Shown in pieces: positions 42,599 through 54,727 of a DNA stretch of 64,000 bases. This DNA is from the human T2T-CHM13v2.0 reference genome, Homo sapiens, in assembly GCF_009914755.1 (NCBI RefSeq), contig NC_060946.1, one strand, 5' to 3'. Both the position numbers and the translations under genes were made by a program. Below the pieces are notes generated by a model, which was not told the DNA's origin, ran no database searches, and was given only the letters and a program-made list of their open reading frames with translations. Each line of letters begins with the position of its first letter. The first letter of the stretch is position 1.

Positions 42599-43324
42599 GT
42601 GAGTAGAGCTGCTTTCTTACAACATTCGCCCATCACATCAGGGACCCAGAGATGACCTGATTCTTGTCCTACCTCAATTGTCTATTATCTCTGTACGTCT
42701 CCTTTTTCCCAAACTGAAGGTAGAGCTAATGATTTTCTGCCCTGCCTATCTTACAAGGTCCTGGAGAGACAATGTCATAATATGAGTTGAAATCACACTG
42801 GGAAATATCATTTCTTGGAGGCTTCACTCCTGGGGACCCCAAGTGGTTTGGAGGAATTAGCATTCTGGTCCTCAAGATGACCTTCTGAGTCTCAGAAAGA
42901 GCTGCCATAAAACCTGAGAAGAACTGCTCATCTTCACTCACAGCCTTTTAACTTCTGCTTTGCAACCAGCTCTAACACAGCTATAGTCATAGCTGATGAG
43001 CAGCAGTAAGGGAAAAGAAAGAAGGGGCTTGAGAGGAAAGCCCGTGATTATTCAGGTTGACAGAAATAGCTTTTCCCAAACTGGTGTTGAGCCCAAAGCT
43101 CTTCCAAATATGCTCAGATGTTTAGAACAGAATTTCACACTTCCCCGATATGCTTATATATGCTGAAGTTTTCAAGGTGGGATACATGGTATTTAGGGTT
43201 TCTCAAACTATTTGACTGTGGAACCCCCAGCCTTTTGTTTGTGTGGAATACCTAGTACCATCTTCTGGAGCTAGTGTTCCATGGATTATAGTTTGGGAAG
43301 TGGGGCACGGAGATTGTAAACTCA

Positions 43325-43770
<446 letters not shown>

Positions 43771-44406
43771 TTACTTACTGGTTGATGAATGCCATCTAAG
43801 AAAACTTTGTCAATGGCCTTCCACCTCCAGGAGCTATGTGAGGTGGTGGGAGGGTTCTGCTCTCCAGGAGCCCACCAGGGTGGCATTATTGGCTATTTGT
43901 ACTTCATGGAGCCCTCCCTATCATATGCATCCGTGAGAGTGGTCCTTCCCTCAGGGAGCTCACAGTCATCTACACTGGCTACCACCCCTCAGCCCACCCT
44001 AAACACACTAGTGTCTCCCCACTGGCCTCTTGGTCCTGCTAAGGTATATGGCGGAACCTGTTATTCCGCTGTGATCTCAAGATACTTTATCCTGATAGGA
44101 GTTGCAGCATCCCAAGTCTTTGAAGCCTTTTTCAATAGAGAGAGTAAACCTGTCAGTTACTGGACTCCCACGCACTATGTGAGGCAACTTCACGTTTTGT
44201 TCTTCTTTGTTCCTCACTCACAGTCTTCTGTGAGATATCAAGTGTGTTCCTGCTTTACAGATGAGGAAGCTGTGCCCCTGGGAAATAAGCCTCTTTTCAA
44301 GATCCTATCTGTAGCCAAGGGTTCAGACTCCACGCAAACCTGCATTGGTCCAAATGCCAGGGTCTTTTCCATACACTCTGGGTCCTATTGTTTATGAATG
44401 GAAATG

Positions 44407-44779
44407 CAGTCACGTGTGGCTTAACAATGGGGATACATTCTGAGAAATGAGTGGTTAGGCAATTTCTTCACTGTGGGAACATCACAGAGTGTACTCACAC
44501 AAACACAGATGGGATAGCCTACCACGCACCTGGGTTAGATGGCACAGCCTATTGCTCCTAAGCTACAAACCTGTACAGCATGTGACTGCACTGAATACTG
44601 TAGGCAGTTGTAATACAATGGTAATGATCTGAGTATTTAAACATAGAAAAAGTAGAGTAAGGATCTGAGTATTTAAACACAGAAAAAGTAGAGTAAAAAT
44701 ATGGTATTATAATGTTATAGGCTCGCTGTTGTGTATGCGTCTATTGTTGACGGAAATGTCATTAGGCGGTGCATGACTG
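44407..44779. mobile_element. Tigger3a/MER7A-like element, opposite orientation to the copy at 12721
   Basis: CAGTCACG...GCATGACTG termini; CTACAAACCTGTACAGCATG core; internal 36-bp duplication. Confidence 0.85.
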
Positions 44780-44866
44780 TACATGACATATTCTTTACAG
44801 ATGGATCTTTACGGTCCTGAATCTGTGGAATTGTTCTTCAGCTCCAGGAACTTCATCCTTCTAGAC

Positions 44867-45038
44867 CAGCAGTTCTCAAAGTATGGGCCCTGAACCAGCA
44901 GCATCAGCATCGCCCAACAGCTTGCTAGAAACACCCCAGACCTAGTAAATCAGAAACTCTGGAGGGGGGCAGGGCTGGCAATCTGTATAACAAGCCCTCT
45001 AGGTGATTCCAATGCACTCTCAAGTCTGAGAACCACTG
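44867..45038. mobile_element. MER5A (hAT-Charlie)
   Basis: CAGCAGTTCTCAAAGT...CAGCAGCATCAGCATC...TGAGAACCACTG; tctaga-containing flanks. Confidence 0.85.
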
Positions 45039-47639
45039 GTCTAGATAATGACTCAGTTATGTCATAAATATGAAAATCAGTGCCTATGATCCTGGCAGCT
45101 CTTGCAGAAGAAGAAAGAAAACAGTCATTACATGCAGTTTACAGTGGCAGGAGTAAGAAGTCTGTACACCTAAACCTTCAGATAATAAAATATGACTATT
45201 ATTGAATAATACTTGGTATTGACTGAGAAACTGTCAAAAGCAAATCAAGGTCAATGTGTCCTTTTGGAGGCCAGGCTGGGGGATACTGAGACCTTTAAGG
45301 GCAGATGCAGCATCTTACGCATTGCAGGATTGGCATGTAATAATGGAGAAGGCTATGAAGCTCAGGGGACAAGAGAATCGGCTGACCCAGTCCACACCCA
45401 GGCTCCACCACTTCCTAACTGTGTGAATCTTCAGTGACTGGTTTAACTTCCCTGAGCCTCAGTTATCTGTAAAATGGGGCCATTACTTTCTACCTCCCAA
45501 GATGGCTGTGGGGATCCATAAAGTGTCATTTAACAGGGGGTGGCTGTCACTACTTGCTGAATACATTTGTCAGTGAGGCAAGAGGCTTATCAAGCAGGAT
45601 AACATTTTAATGTTTAAAGAATTAAACTCCTCTAATCTGTAAAGTGACTAAGAGGAGAGGAGCTAATTCCTTGGCGGTACCAGATATGGAAGCTGTTTCC
45701 ATATCAGATTTTTTTAAAACCTGGGCCTTCAGCATTGTTAGAGGAAAAACAGTTTGCGTGGTTTTGTCCCCCGTGGATTCCTTAAAAGTGGGGCTTTGGG
45801 GATGTTACACTCTGTTTGCATCCGATAAGCTGCTGGACCCATGAAAAGCAAATAATTTAGATTTTTCTTCGTGATTTTTCAGCCTCTGGCGCCTTATCAA
45901 GGCTTGTGCTGAGGGCCATGGCATTTGTGGGAAAGGTGTGATTCCACGTGCAGTCGGCCTTCTGGTCGGCAATATGCTCTTAAAAGGCAAAAAAACCAAA
46001 AAACAAAAAACAAAAAACCAGAGAGAAATTGAGATAAGATTCTGCAAAGGCTTATTCCCATTCTGTGTATGGTTGTTTCCAATTATCTTTTTAATGAAAG
46101 CTTCATAATCAATAGTGGTTTTGGCAGCACCCGCCATCTATTGTAATATACGATCTGGTGCTGTCATAACTTTGATCATTGATTTTTTTTTTATAGCAGC
46201 TTTTGGGACTCACTAGCTTGTGAAATTAATACAGTCATTATTGAAGCAATCTGATAGGTAATGAGCCAATTGTGTCTTTATTTCAATGAGACTAATGGTC
46301 TTGGTGGCCCTGTCTGATAGGAAGTGTTCTGCAAAGCCATGGAGGGTTAGGAAACAGAGTTAGTACCAACTGGGCATGCTAATTTTTATTTTCCCATTGA
46401 GAAAAGGCATAGTGCAGGATGGTCGGAGATGAGTGGTCTCCATTACGAAAAATAGGGTTTAGGGTAATGGAGAATCGATCGAGACCCTTTGTTCCACCTG
46501 GAATCAAATTGCAGTTGAACCTCGCACTTCAAGTGCTTGTATCATAATGGATAAGAAAAGGCAGCTTCATGTTGACAGACATTGAGAATGGGTGCAGGAA
46601 ATAAACCTGAAGTTCTGGGCTCAGGTCTCAGCTTTGTTGGCAACTGATTATGCAAACTTGAGTCAATTTCATAACCTGCCTGAGCCAGTACATTCCTCAC
46701 AGAGCTGTTTGAGTATTAAAAAGAGACCTAGGAGAAAGCACTTTGGAAAATGTAGATGCATGTAATGTTCATGCTATTCAGTGATAATTGTACCCTTGTC
46801 TGAAGTCAGATAGAGGAAAATAAATCCTGGTGTTGCCACTTGCTTGTAAAGGATCGTGGGCCAATGCCTTTTTTTTTTTAAGCCTTAGTTTTTTCCTCCA
46901 TAAAATGTGAGAATCATCGTAACTACCATATAGGATTAGACATGTAAAGTGTTTTCCCTGCATGTCGAGTGGTTGTTTAGTCCAGTTCCAAAACACAGTA
47001 AGTGCCCCCTAAATGTTATCCATTAATTGATAATGTCATCAATGAATACAGAGTTATCCAGTGTCTCCAGATAACCGCCTCTGGGATTATAAACCACATG
47101 TGACAAAGAAACACATGGGACTCTTTTTAGAAATAAGCAGCATAAGGGCATCAGAAAAATGACTTCTTCCCCTGTCACTGACTGAAATCCCACCATAAGA
47201 GCATTTTTCCTCTGCCTCTGGGAAGTTGAGAAAATGACCAAAGCAAACCAGAGCTACCCTTGCGCATTGGCAGGAGCAGGCCTGGCCCAGAAGCTTCAGG
47301 TTCTCGCAGAAAAGCATTTAACTCAAACCTCCAGGACTCTCTGCCTTAATCTTTTGCTGACAGTCAGTCCTGGGGTCCTAGCTTCCCTCATTCCTGTTCC
47401 CTGCAGTCTACTAGAAGGTGGCTTTGTGGGGTGCCGAGGAGGCATTGATCAGAGTGCTGCAGAGGCCATCATCCATTATTGATGAGTTACGGTCTGGAAA
47501 TCGTGTACCGAGAGCTGTTTTCTGCTAGATCCCTCAGCACCTCTGTGGGTGGCACCAGCCCAGCCCCATCCTCTCCAGACCAAGAGGACTGCCATCCCTT
47601 CCCCCACTGTCTCTGCCCCTCCTTACAAGGCTGGACTGA

Positions 47640-47948
<309 letters not shown>

Positions 47949-47949
47949 T

Positions 47950-48290
47950 GAGTTGTTTCTAAGCCACTGCTTCACTCAGATTGCTGTGGGTGCTTACCCA
48001 AAATATTCACATTCCCAGGCCTGGCCCTAAACCCACAACCCAGCCTTTCCTGGGGCCTGGGAATCTGCATGTACTGCACTTTCCAGGTGGTGACCGTGCA
48101 CAGAACAGTTTAGGCAAGTCCATGCTAGCTGTGCTTCTCAAAGGAACGTGCACAGGAATCCCCGGGGGATTGTGTTAAAGTGCAGGTTCTGATTTAGCAG
48201 GTCTGGAATGGAGTGCGAGATTTTGCATTTCCAACAAGCACCCAGGTGGTGCCAATGCCACTGGTGCGTGGGCCACACTGAGTATCCAGG
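47950..48290. mobile_element. Two adjacent MER5-family relics
   Basis: GGGCCTGGGAATCTGCAT and GGTTCTGATTTAGCAGGTCTGG...TGCATTTCCAACAAG motifs. Confidence 0.6.
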
Positions 48291-48492
48291 GCCTAGGGGA
48301 AGGGAGAGAGGAGCCATCAGCAGACAAAATGCTTTGATAATTTAGACTCCCCCACCTCCCACTTAAAGGGCAACTGCCAACAAATATTGCAGGTGGGTGC
48401 AAGAGAAGTGGGGTCTGATTTGCAAGCACCCCCCCCCATTGTAGAGAGCCTTCTTCAGCAGAGGACTCACCTGAAACCTTCCCTCTCCCCAG

Positions 48493-48621
48493 GTTTTTCT
48501 CAAGGCAGGTGTGATCTCCAGGCTTGAGAAGCAGCGAGAGAAGCTGGTATCTCAGAGCATCGTTCTCTTCCAGGCGGCTTGCAAGGGCTTTCTGTCTCGC
48601 CAGGAATTCAAGAAGCTGAAG
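48493..48621 (+). CDS. MYO18B: MYO18B coding exon (VFLKAG... IQ1 FQAACKGFLSR ...KKLK)
   Basis: Acceptor ccctctccccag|GTT, donor AAG|gtactg; 129 nt, phase 0 to 0. Confidence 0.95.
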
Positions 48622-49743
48622 GTACTGCATGCCGTTCCCATGAGGAGTCTGATCCAACGGGTCTGGAGCGGGCATAGGGTCTGCCTGTCTTTCAGGATGA
48701 TACCGGTGCACCGGGTCCAAGGATCCAACCTGAGCAGTGAGACTTTAAGTGAGGCTTTGCAAGATGTTATGACTGTTTCTGGGACATTGACATCAAATTA
48801 TCCATGAGGTCGGCCTTGCGCTAGGTAGCCATGAGGTTGTCCAAGCCCTCCTGGGCTGATTCATGACTTCAACCTGTCTTGTTTCTGGAGAAATTCACTT
48901 TCACAGGTCAGCAGACAGGGCATGACCAGGGCCCAGCCACTGAGGTTTTGGGGACCAAAGGCCAAGTCAAGCTTGAAGCACTGACCCATTTAGGGTCACC
49001 ATCTTCAGAGATCTCTGGAGACTGAATTTCCTCTCTGTAGCTGCACAATAGAGAGAAAACCACGTGGCTCTGGGAACAAGTATTATATATGTTCGAATTC
49101 CACCTCTACCTCTTAGTAGCTGGGTGAAGGTGAGATGAAATGATGTGCACTTAATACAGTACATGGCACATAGTAATTGCTCAATAAACTCTAGCTGCTA
49201 TTACCTTAGAATTGTTATTCTTAATTACTGCTACTACTAGAATGGAGTCTTGTTGTATGTGCCTCCAGTTTATGTGAACTTGTAAACTCAAGTATATGTA
49301 CTTGGCAGAAAGAGAAAAATGATGAGACCGTGAATAATGAACATATTGTGGGCAACCCCACTGGCCTTCTGTGCTCATGTAGCTCATACCTTGGAATGAT
49401 GTGGAATAGAGTTTCAGACCCTGGGCTCTGCAGCCAGACTGCAAGGGTTCAAGCCTGCTCTGGCACTGAGAAGCTGGGTGACACTGGGCATGTGACTTTA
49501 CCTCTCTGAACCTCACTTTCCCCATCCGTAAATACATAAAATAACATGATCTTCCTAGGACTATACTGAAGACCAAGTTGAGGTGTGTGAGATGCTCAGG
49601 GCAGTGCCTAGCACTTACGAGCCTCAATGTCTGCTGCACAAGAATCAGCTGCTGTGATGGTGATGAGGGAAAAGCATCTCTTGGCCTGTCTGCCAGTCAG
49701 TGCTGTTCTGGTCCCCCCCCCCAGTGATAAGAATGAAGCGGGT

Positions 49744-49929
49744 CAGTGCTTCTCAAACTGTGGTCCCAGACCAGCAGCATCAGCATCACCTGGGGATTTG
49801 TTAGAAATGCACATTTGCAGGCTCCATCCCAGAGTGGCTGAATCAGCACCTTTGGGGGTGGTGTCTAGCCATCTGGGGTTTAACAAGCCCTCCAGGGGAT
49901 TCTGATGCACATTCAAGTTTGAGAAGCAT
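49744..49929. mobile_element. MER5A
   Basis: CAGTGCTTCTCAAACTGTGGTCC...CAGCAGCATCAGCATCACCTGG...AAGTTTGAGAAGCA. Confidence 0.88.
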
Positions 49930-50209
49930 GAAATTACTGTTTAAATACACTGTGAAAATGATCTCCCTTCAATATAAGCTAATAACATAATCGTGGACAT
50001 TGTTATTTGTGGGCAGTTTTAGAGATTTTTCAGTGGCAGTTTTTGCCTTGCATGATGACCTTTAAACCTAATCCTCATGTAAGATGTAACCTATTGTATA
50101 GTTTCTTTTACTCTTTCTCCTATTATTATTTGGCCATGCAAGACTAAATTATGGCATAATGTTTGATGCAGAGAGCCTGACATATCAAAAAGACTACAAG
50201 AAAGGAAGC

Positions 50210-50211
<2 letters not shown>

Positions 50212-50253
<42 letters not shown>
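50212..50253. repeat. (GT)21 microsatellite
   Basis: Perfect dinucleotide run ~140 nt upstream of the IQ2 exon. Confidence 0.97.
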
Positions 50254-50256
<3 letters not shown>

Positions 50257-50390
50257 AAGGTATCCAGTCCCTTCCACCGGGAAATAACCCCACTTCCTCC
50301 AGCCCCTTTGCTACCCTCTGCCTCCTCTCCTTCCTTTATCCTCACCTGGGTTGGAAAGGACCCTCCAGTCTGTGTTCTCCTTCCCTGCAG

Positions 50391-50534
50391 ATTCGCCGAC
50401 TGGCTGCACAGTGCATCCAGAAGAATGTGGCTGTGTTCCTCGCAGTCAAGGACTGGCCATGGTGGCAGCTGCTTGGTTCCCTCCAGCCTCTACTTAGTGC
50501 CACCATTGGAACTGAGCAGCTCCGAGCCAAGGAG
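50391..50534 (+). CDS. MYO18B: MYO18B coding exon (IQ2 IQKNVAVF, WPWW hook, invariant Pro, start of coiled coil)
   Basis: Acceptor ttccctgcag|ATT, donor GAG|gtcagt; 144 nt, phase 0 to 0. Confidence 0.95.
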
Positions 50535-51671
50535 GTCAGTCTATGTGGCAGGCAGGGTGCTGGGTGGCTACTCCCCACACCCTGCTCCTCCTGTTTGCAT
50601 CTAGCACCCTGTGCCCCTATTCCTGAATGTTCTTGATCTAGGAATGCTCAGCCCAACAGCCTTGATGCCCCTTCCAGATGTTCCTCTGCCTCCAACAACA
50701 CAGACAATCCTCCATCCCATGCCCAGCTCCTCTCTAGGCTGTGGGTGTTTAGAGATGCTATTACCACCCTGGGGGTTCATGAACACTCACTACTTAACCC
50801 AGAGAAGCTCAATGGGCAGAGTCTTTGAGTCCTTTATTTATTTATTTATTTATTTATTTTACCTCTCAGACAACACTCTTTTTCTTTCATTCTTCCCTGT
50901 CACCACCTATCTTTTATAACTGTTTCAATTGGTTTCTGGTTCATGCTTTTTGTTGTTATTATTTTGCAAAAATTAGTAACTATACACACATATTTAGTTC
51001 TTATATTTCTTACATAAAAAGTAGAATACTACATATACTCTTCTTCGACTTGTATTTTCTACTTAAAATGTATTCTGAAAATCTTGCCGTTTCCATTCTT
51101 GTGGAGCTCCTCCTTGTTCTGTCTTTATGGCTGCATAGCCCTCCTTTGTGTGTCTGCTCCTTAGTTCATTCCACCCGCCTGCTGTGGGTGGGCGGTGAAG
51201 CAGCTTCTGAATGGTGCTGTCATAGGCACAGTGCTGAGCCACTGGCAGAAAGGCAATCCCTGGAGGATGAAGTGCTGAGTACCGTGTCCATACTTGTGTA
51301 TACCCAGTCTCAGGCAAAGCAAGGGACTCATTCTGATGATTTGTGTTCAGCCCCTAGACTGGGCAGGGCTGGAACAGACTTGCATGAACAGAGACATTGA
51401 AATTTGGAAGTGGTGAAACAAAAAGTCTCTTGTTGGAACCTAGCACCTGGGTGTCTTCATGGATGCTGGCTGAATTACTCACTCCATTCCCCAACCGCTC
51501 TTTAAAAAAAAAAATTCATCTTTAATTTACAAAGAGTAATCGTACATATTTATGGGGTATAATGTGATGTTTTGATATATGTTTACAATATGAAATGATT
51601 AAGCAAAGCTAATTAACAAATCCATCACTTCATTTATCATTTTTTTTGTGGTGAAAGCACTTAAAATCTAC

Positions 51672-51990
<319 letters not shown>

Positions 51991-52156
51991 TGAAATATAC
52001 AGTGCACCATTATTTGTTACAGTCACCATTCTGTGCAATAGATTGCTAAGGTTTATTCCTCCTAACGGAAACTTTGTGCCCTTTGCTCACTCCTAACACA
52101 GGTGGAACTTAATCTCTGGTCTGGAATGGTTTCTGTTCATGTGTTTGTTTTTGTAG

Positions 52157-52246
52157 GAGGAGCTTACAACGCTAAGACGGAAGCTAGAAAAATCAGAGAA
52201 GTTGCGGAATGAACTCCGGCAGAACACAGATCTGCTAGAAAGCAAG
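52157..52246 (+). CDS. MYO18B: MYO18B coding exon (coiled coil EELTTLRRKLEKSEKLRNELRQNTDLLESK)
   Basis: Acceptor gtttttgtag|GAG, donor AAG|gtatcc; 90 nt, phase 0 to 0; heptad pattern. Next exon not found before 64000. Confidence 0.93.
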
Positions 52247-52504
52247 GTATCCCCATCCCTCCTCTTGGGTCCTTGTGGGGGGTCTTTATGTATGTGAGAT
52301 CTGTTTAATGGGGAGAACAATGATATGCCTGAAAGCATGCTAATTGCTTTACAAGCACCCCAGAATTACCTGTGAGGCACATGCTGTTATTGAACCCATT
52401 TTACAGTGGAGGAAATTGAGGCCCTGGGATATTAAGTATCTTCCTCGAGGCTGCACAACCGGCAAGTGTAACTGAGATTCAAACCCATGTCACCTGGTTC
52501 CAAA

Positions 52505-53260
52505 GGGGAGAATTTCTTAAATAAGTCACAAAAGCACAAATCATAGGGAAAAATGATAAATTTGACTATATTAAAATAATGAACTTTTGTTTATCAGGGC
52601 ATAAAATGAAGATGTATATTACTTACTTGGAATAGAAATTTGCAAACTGGAAAAGAGTATCCAGAACATGTAAAGAGCTTTCTCAAATCAAATGGAAGAA
52701 GGCAAACACTCCAATAAGAACGGAAAAACAAATATGAGCCAATAATATGAATGGGCAGTTCCCAAGGAAGGGACGCTTGTTTCAAGAGTTTAAGTGTTCA
52801 AAAATTCAAATGGCCAATAAACTCATGAAAAGACACTCAACCTAATTAGCAATTAGGAAGTGCAAATTAACACCTTAATAGGTACTGTTTCACACATCAG
52901 ATTGGAAAAATTGAAGAGTGTGATGTAGCCAAGTGTTGGCAAGGTTGTGTGGCAGTGGGAATTCTTATTTACTGCTGCTGGGATCATAAATTGATCTCAT
53001 CACTCTTGAACAATTTGGCATTATCTGTGAAAGTTGAACCTGTCCATGCCCTGTGGCTGGCCATTCCACCTCTAGGTATTTATGCTAGAGAATCTTATCC
53101 ACGAATATATGAAAATACAAGAAGTTCATAGCAACAGCCTTTGTCCTGTTGAAGGAATGTAAACACAGGAAAGTAAACACTCAAATGGGAGCTTATTAAC
53201 AGAACAGTAGGTGAATATGTTTTGTGATATTAAAAACGAGCTCCTAAGAGTGAAAATGAA
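52505..53260 (+). mobile_element. Old L1 (L1ME-type) fragment
   Basis: TGATAAATTTGACTATATTAAAAT...CAAATGGCCAATAAAC...ATTCCACCTCTAGGTATTTA. Confidence 0.7.
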
Positions 53261-53268
53261 TGAAGAGA

Positions 53269-53501
53269 CAGGGAAAACTGTGGCTCACAGGCTAAATTCA
53301 GTGCACCACCTGCTTTTTGTAAATAAAGTTTTATTGGAACACAGCCACGCTCATTCCTTTATGTGTAGTCTATGACTGCTTTCATGTTACAGTGGCAGGG
53401 CTGAGTAGTTGCAACCTGAAACTACTCAGCCTTGCCATGTGGCCTGCGAAAGCTAAAACATTTACTCTCTGGATCTTTACAGAAATAGTTTCCTGATCCT
53501 T
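53269..53501. mobile_element. MER58A (hAT-Charlie)
   Basis: TTTTTGTAAATAAAGTTTTATTGGAACACAGCCACGCTCATT core. Confidence 0.88.
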
Positions 53502-53875
53502 AAACTAGAAAATGTGTATCAACATGTATTGCTCTTGCAAACATAATGCCAAAGGAAAATAATTCAGTTACAGAAGAGTACTTGATTAGGGGTATATCCT
53601 TGTATACTTATGGTGTCATTATATTTATGGGAATCATAACACCAAATTCAGAGTAGGGGTTACCTGGGGTACGGTCATGTGACTGGGGAAGGTTATGTTG
53701 GTTGAATGTGTGACCGTATTCCCTATGCCTTCTCTCTTTGATTTCATGGGCTGGGGTGACTTCATGGGCATGGGTGTTGATTTCATGGGCTGGGGGTGAC
53801 TACATGAATCAGACAGTTCCCACTCCAAGAAGGTCACTGCAAATTACAGATAGACTTCTAGACAAAGTCATATGC

Positions 53876-54257
53876 TGTGCTAGTCCATTCTTGCACTGCT
53901 CTAAAGAAATACCTGAACTGGGTAATTTATAAAGAAAAGAGGTTTGATTCGCTCAGGGTTCCACAGGCTGTACAAGAAGCATGGCTGGGGAGCCCTCAGG
54001 AAACTTACATCATGGTGGATTGTTAAGGGGAAGCAGGCACATCCTACATGGCTGGAGCAGGAGGAAGAGTGAGAAGGGGGAGGTGCTATACACTTTTCAA
54101 CAACCAGATCTTGTGGGAACGCACTCACTATCACTAGAGCAGCAAGGGGGAAATCTGTCCCCATGATCCAGTCATCTCCCACCAGGCCCCTCCTCCAACA
54201 CTAGGGATTACAATTTGATATGAGGTTTGGTCAGGGACATAGGACCAAATCATATCA
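53876..54257. mobile_element. MSTA-type MaLR solo LTR, intact
   Basis: TG...CA termini with a perfect 5-bp TSD TATGC; CTGGGTAATTTATAAAGAAAAGAGGTTT signature. Confidence 0.92.
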
Positions 54258-54345
54258 TATGCTATTATGTTGCATGTGGTCAGCAAGCCACGGCTAGACC
54301 AAAGAGGAGCTTTTCGACGAAAACCTGCTGTTCTATGTAGACTTT

Positions 54346-54727
54346 CAGGACTGGGGAAAGGGAGGCACTTGACTAGGGAATAAAATGTAAGGGGTCACCA
54401 AAACACTCAGCAAAATAAATAATATTTTAAAATTGTAAAGTAATGCAAAAAATAATCCCTGATGAACAAAACATCAAAATTTTAAGTAAATGCAAAATTT
54501 GTAGGCCAAGATTAGGGTGAGGCAAGTAAACATTCTAAACAGTGTGAACCAATCTTTATATAAAATGTTGATATTTTCTTTATCGTGGATTTTTTGACTA
54601 ATTGAGATTTTTAAAATATTGAATTAAAATCTTATTTATCTTGATTTCTGAGAGTTTTTTTTTGACACCTCCTTACATGTTGCACCCTAGGTAAGTGTTT
54701 TACATGCTTCATTCTAGTCTCAGCTCT
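54346..54727. mobile_element. MER96B-like hAT MITE (imperfect palindrome)
   Basis: CAG...CTG ends; arms taaaatgtaagggg / ctccttacatgttg; internal TAGGGTGAGGCAAGT. Confidence 0.6.

Noticed and set aside
43789-44397. Longest non-exonic ORF (202 aa); also 9860..10453 (197 aa) and 50825..51400 (191 aa)
   Set aside because: No recognisable domain, overlap with MIR/L2/L1 relics, and lengths plausible by chance in 64 kb.
48622-49188. Read-through of the IQ1 exon to TGA at 48807 with AATAAA at 49183 (possible truncated head-only isoform)
   Set aside because: The AATAAA is the common MIR/L2 tail motif found at many places; no other support without 3'-end sequencing.
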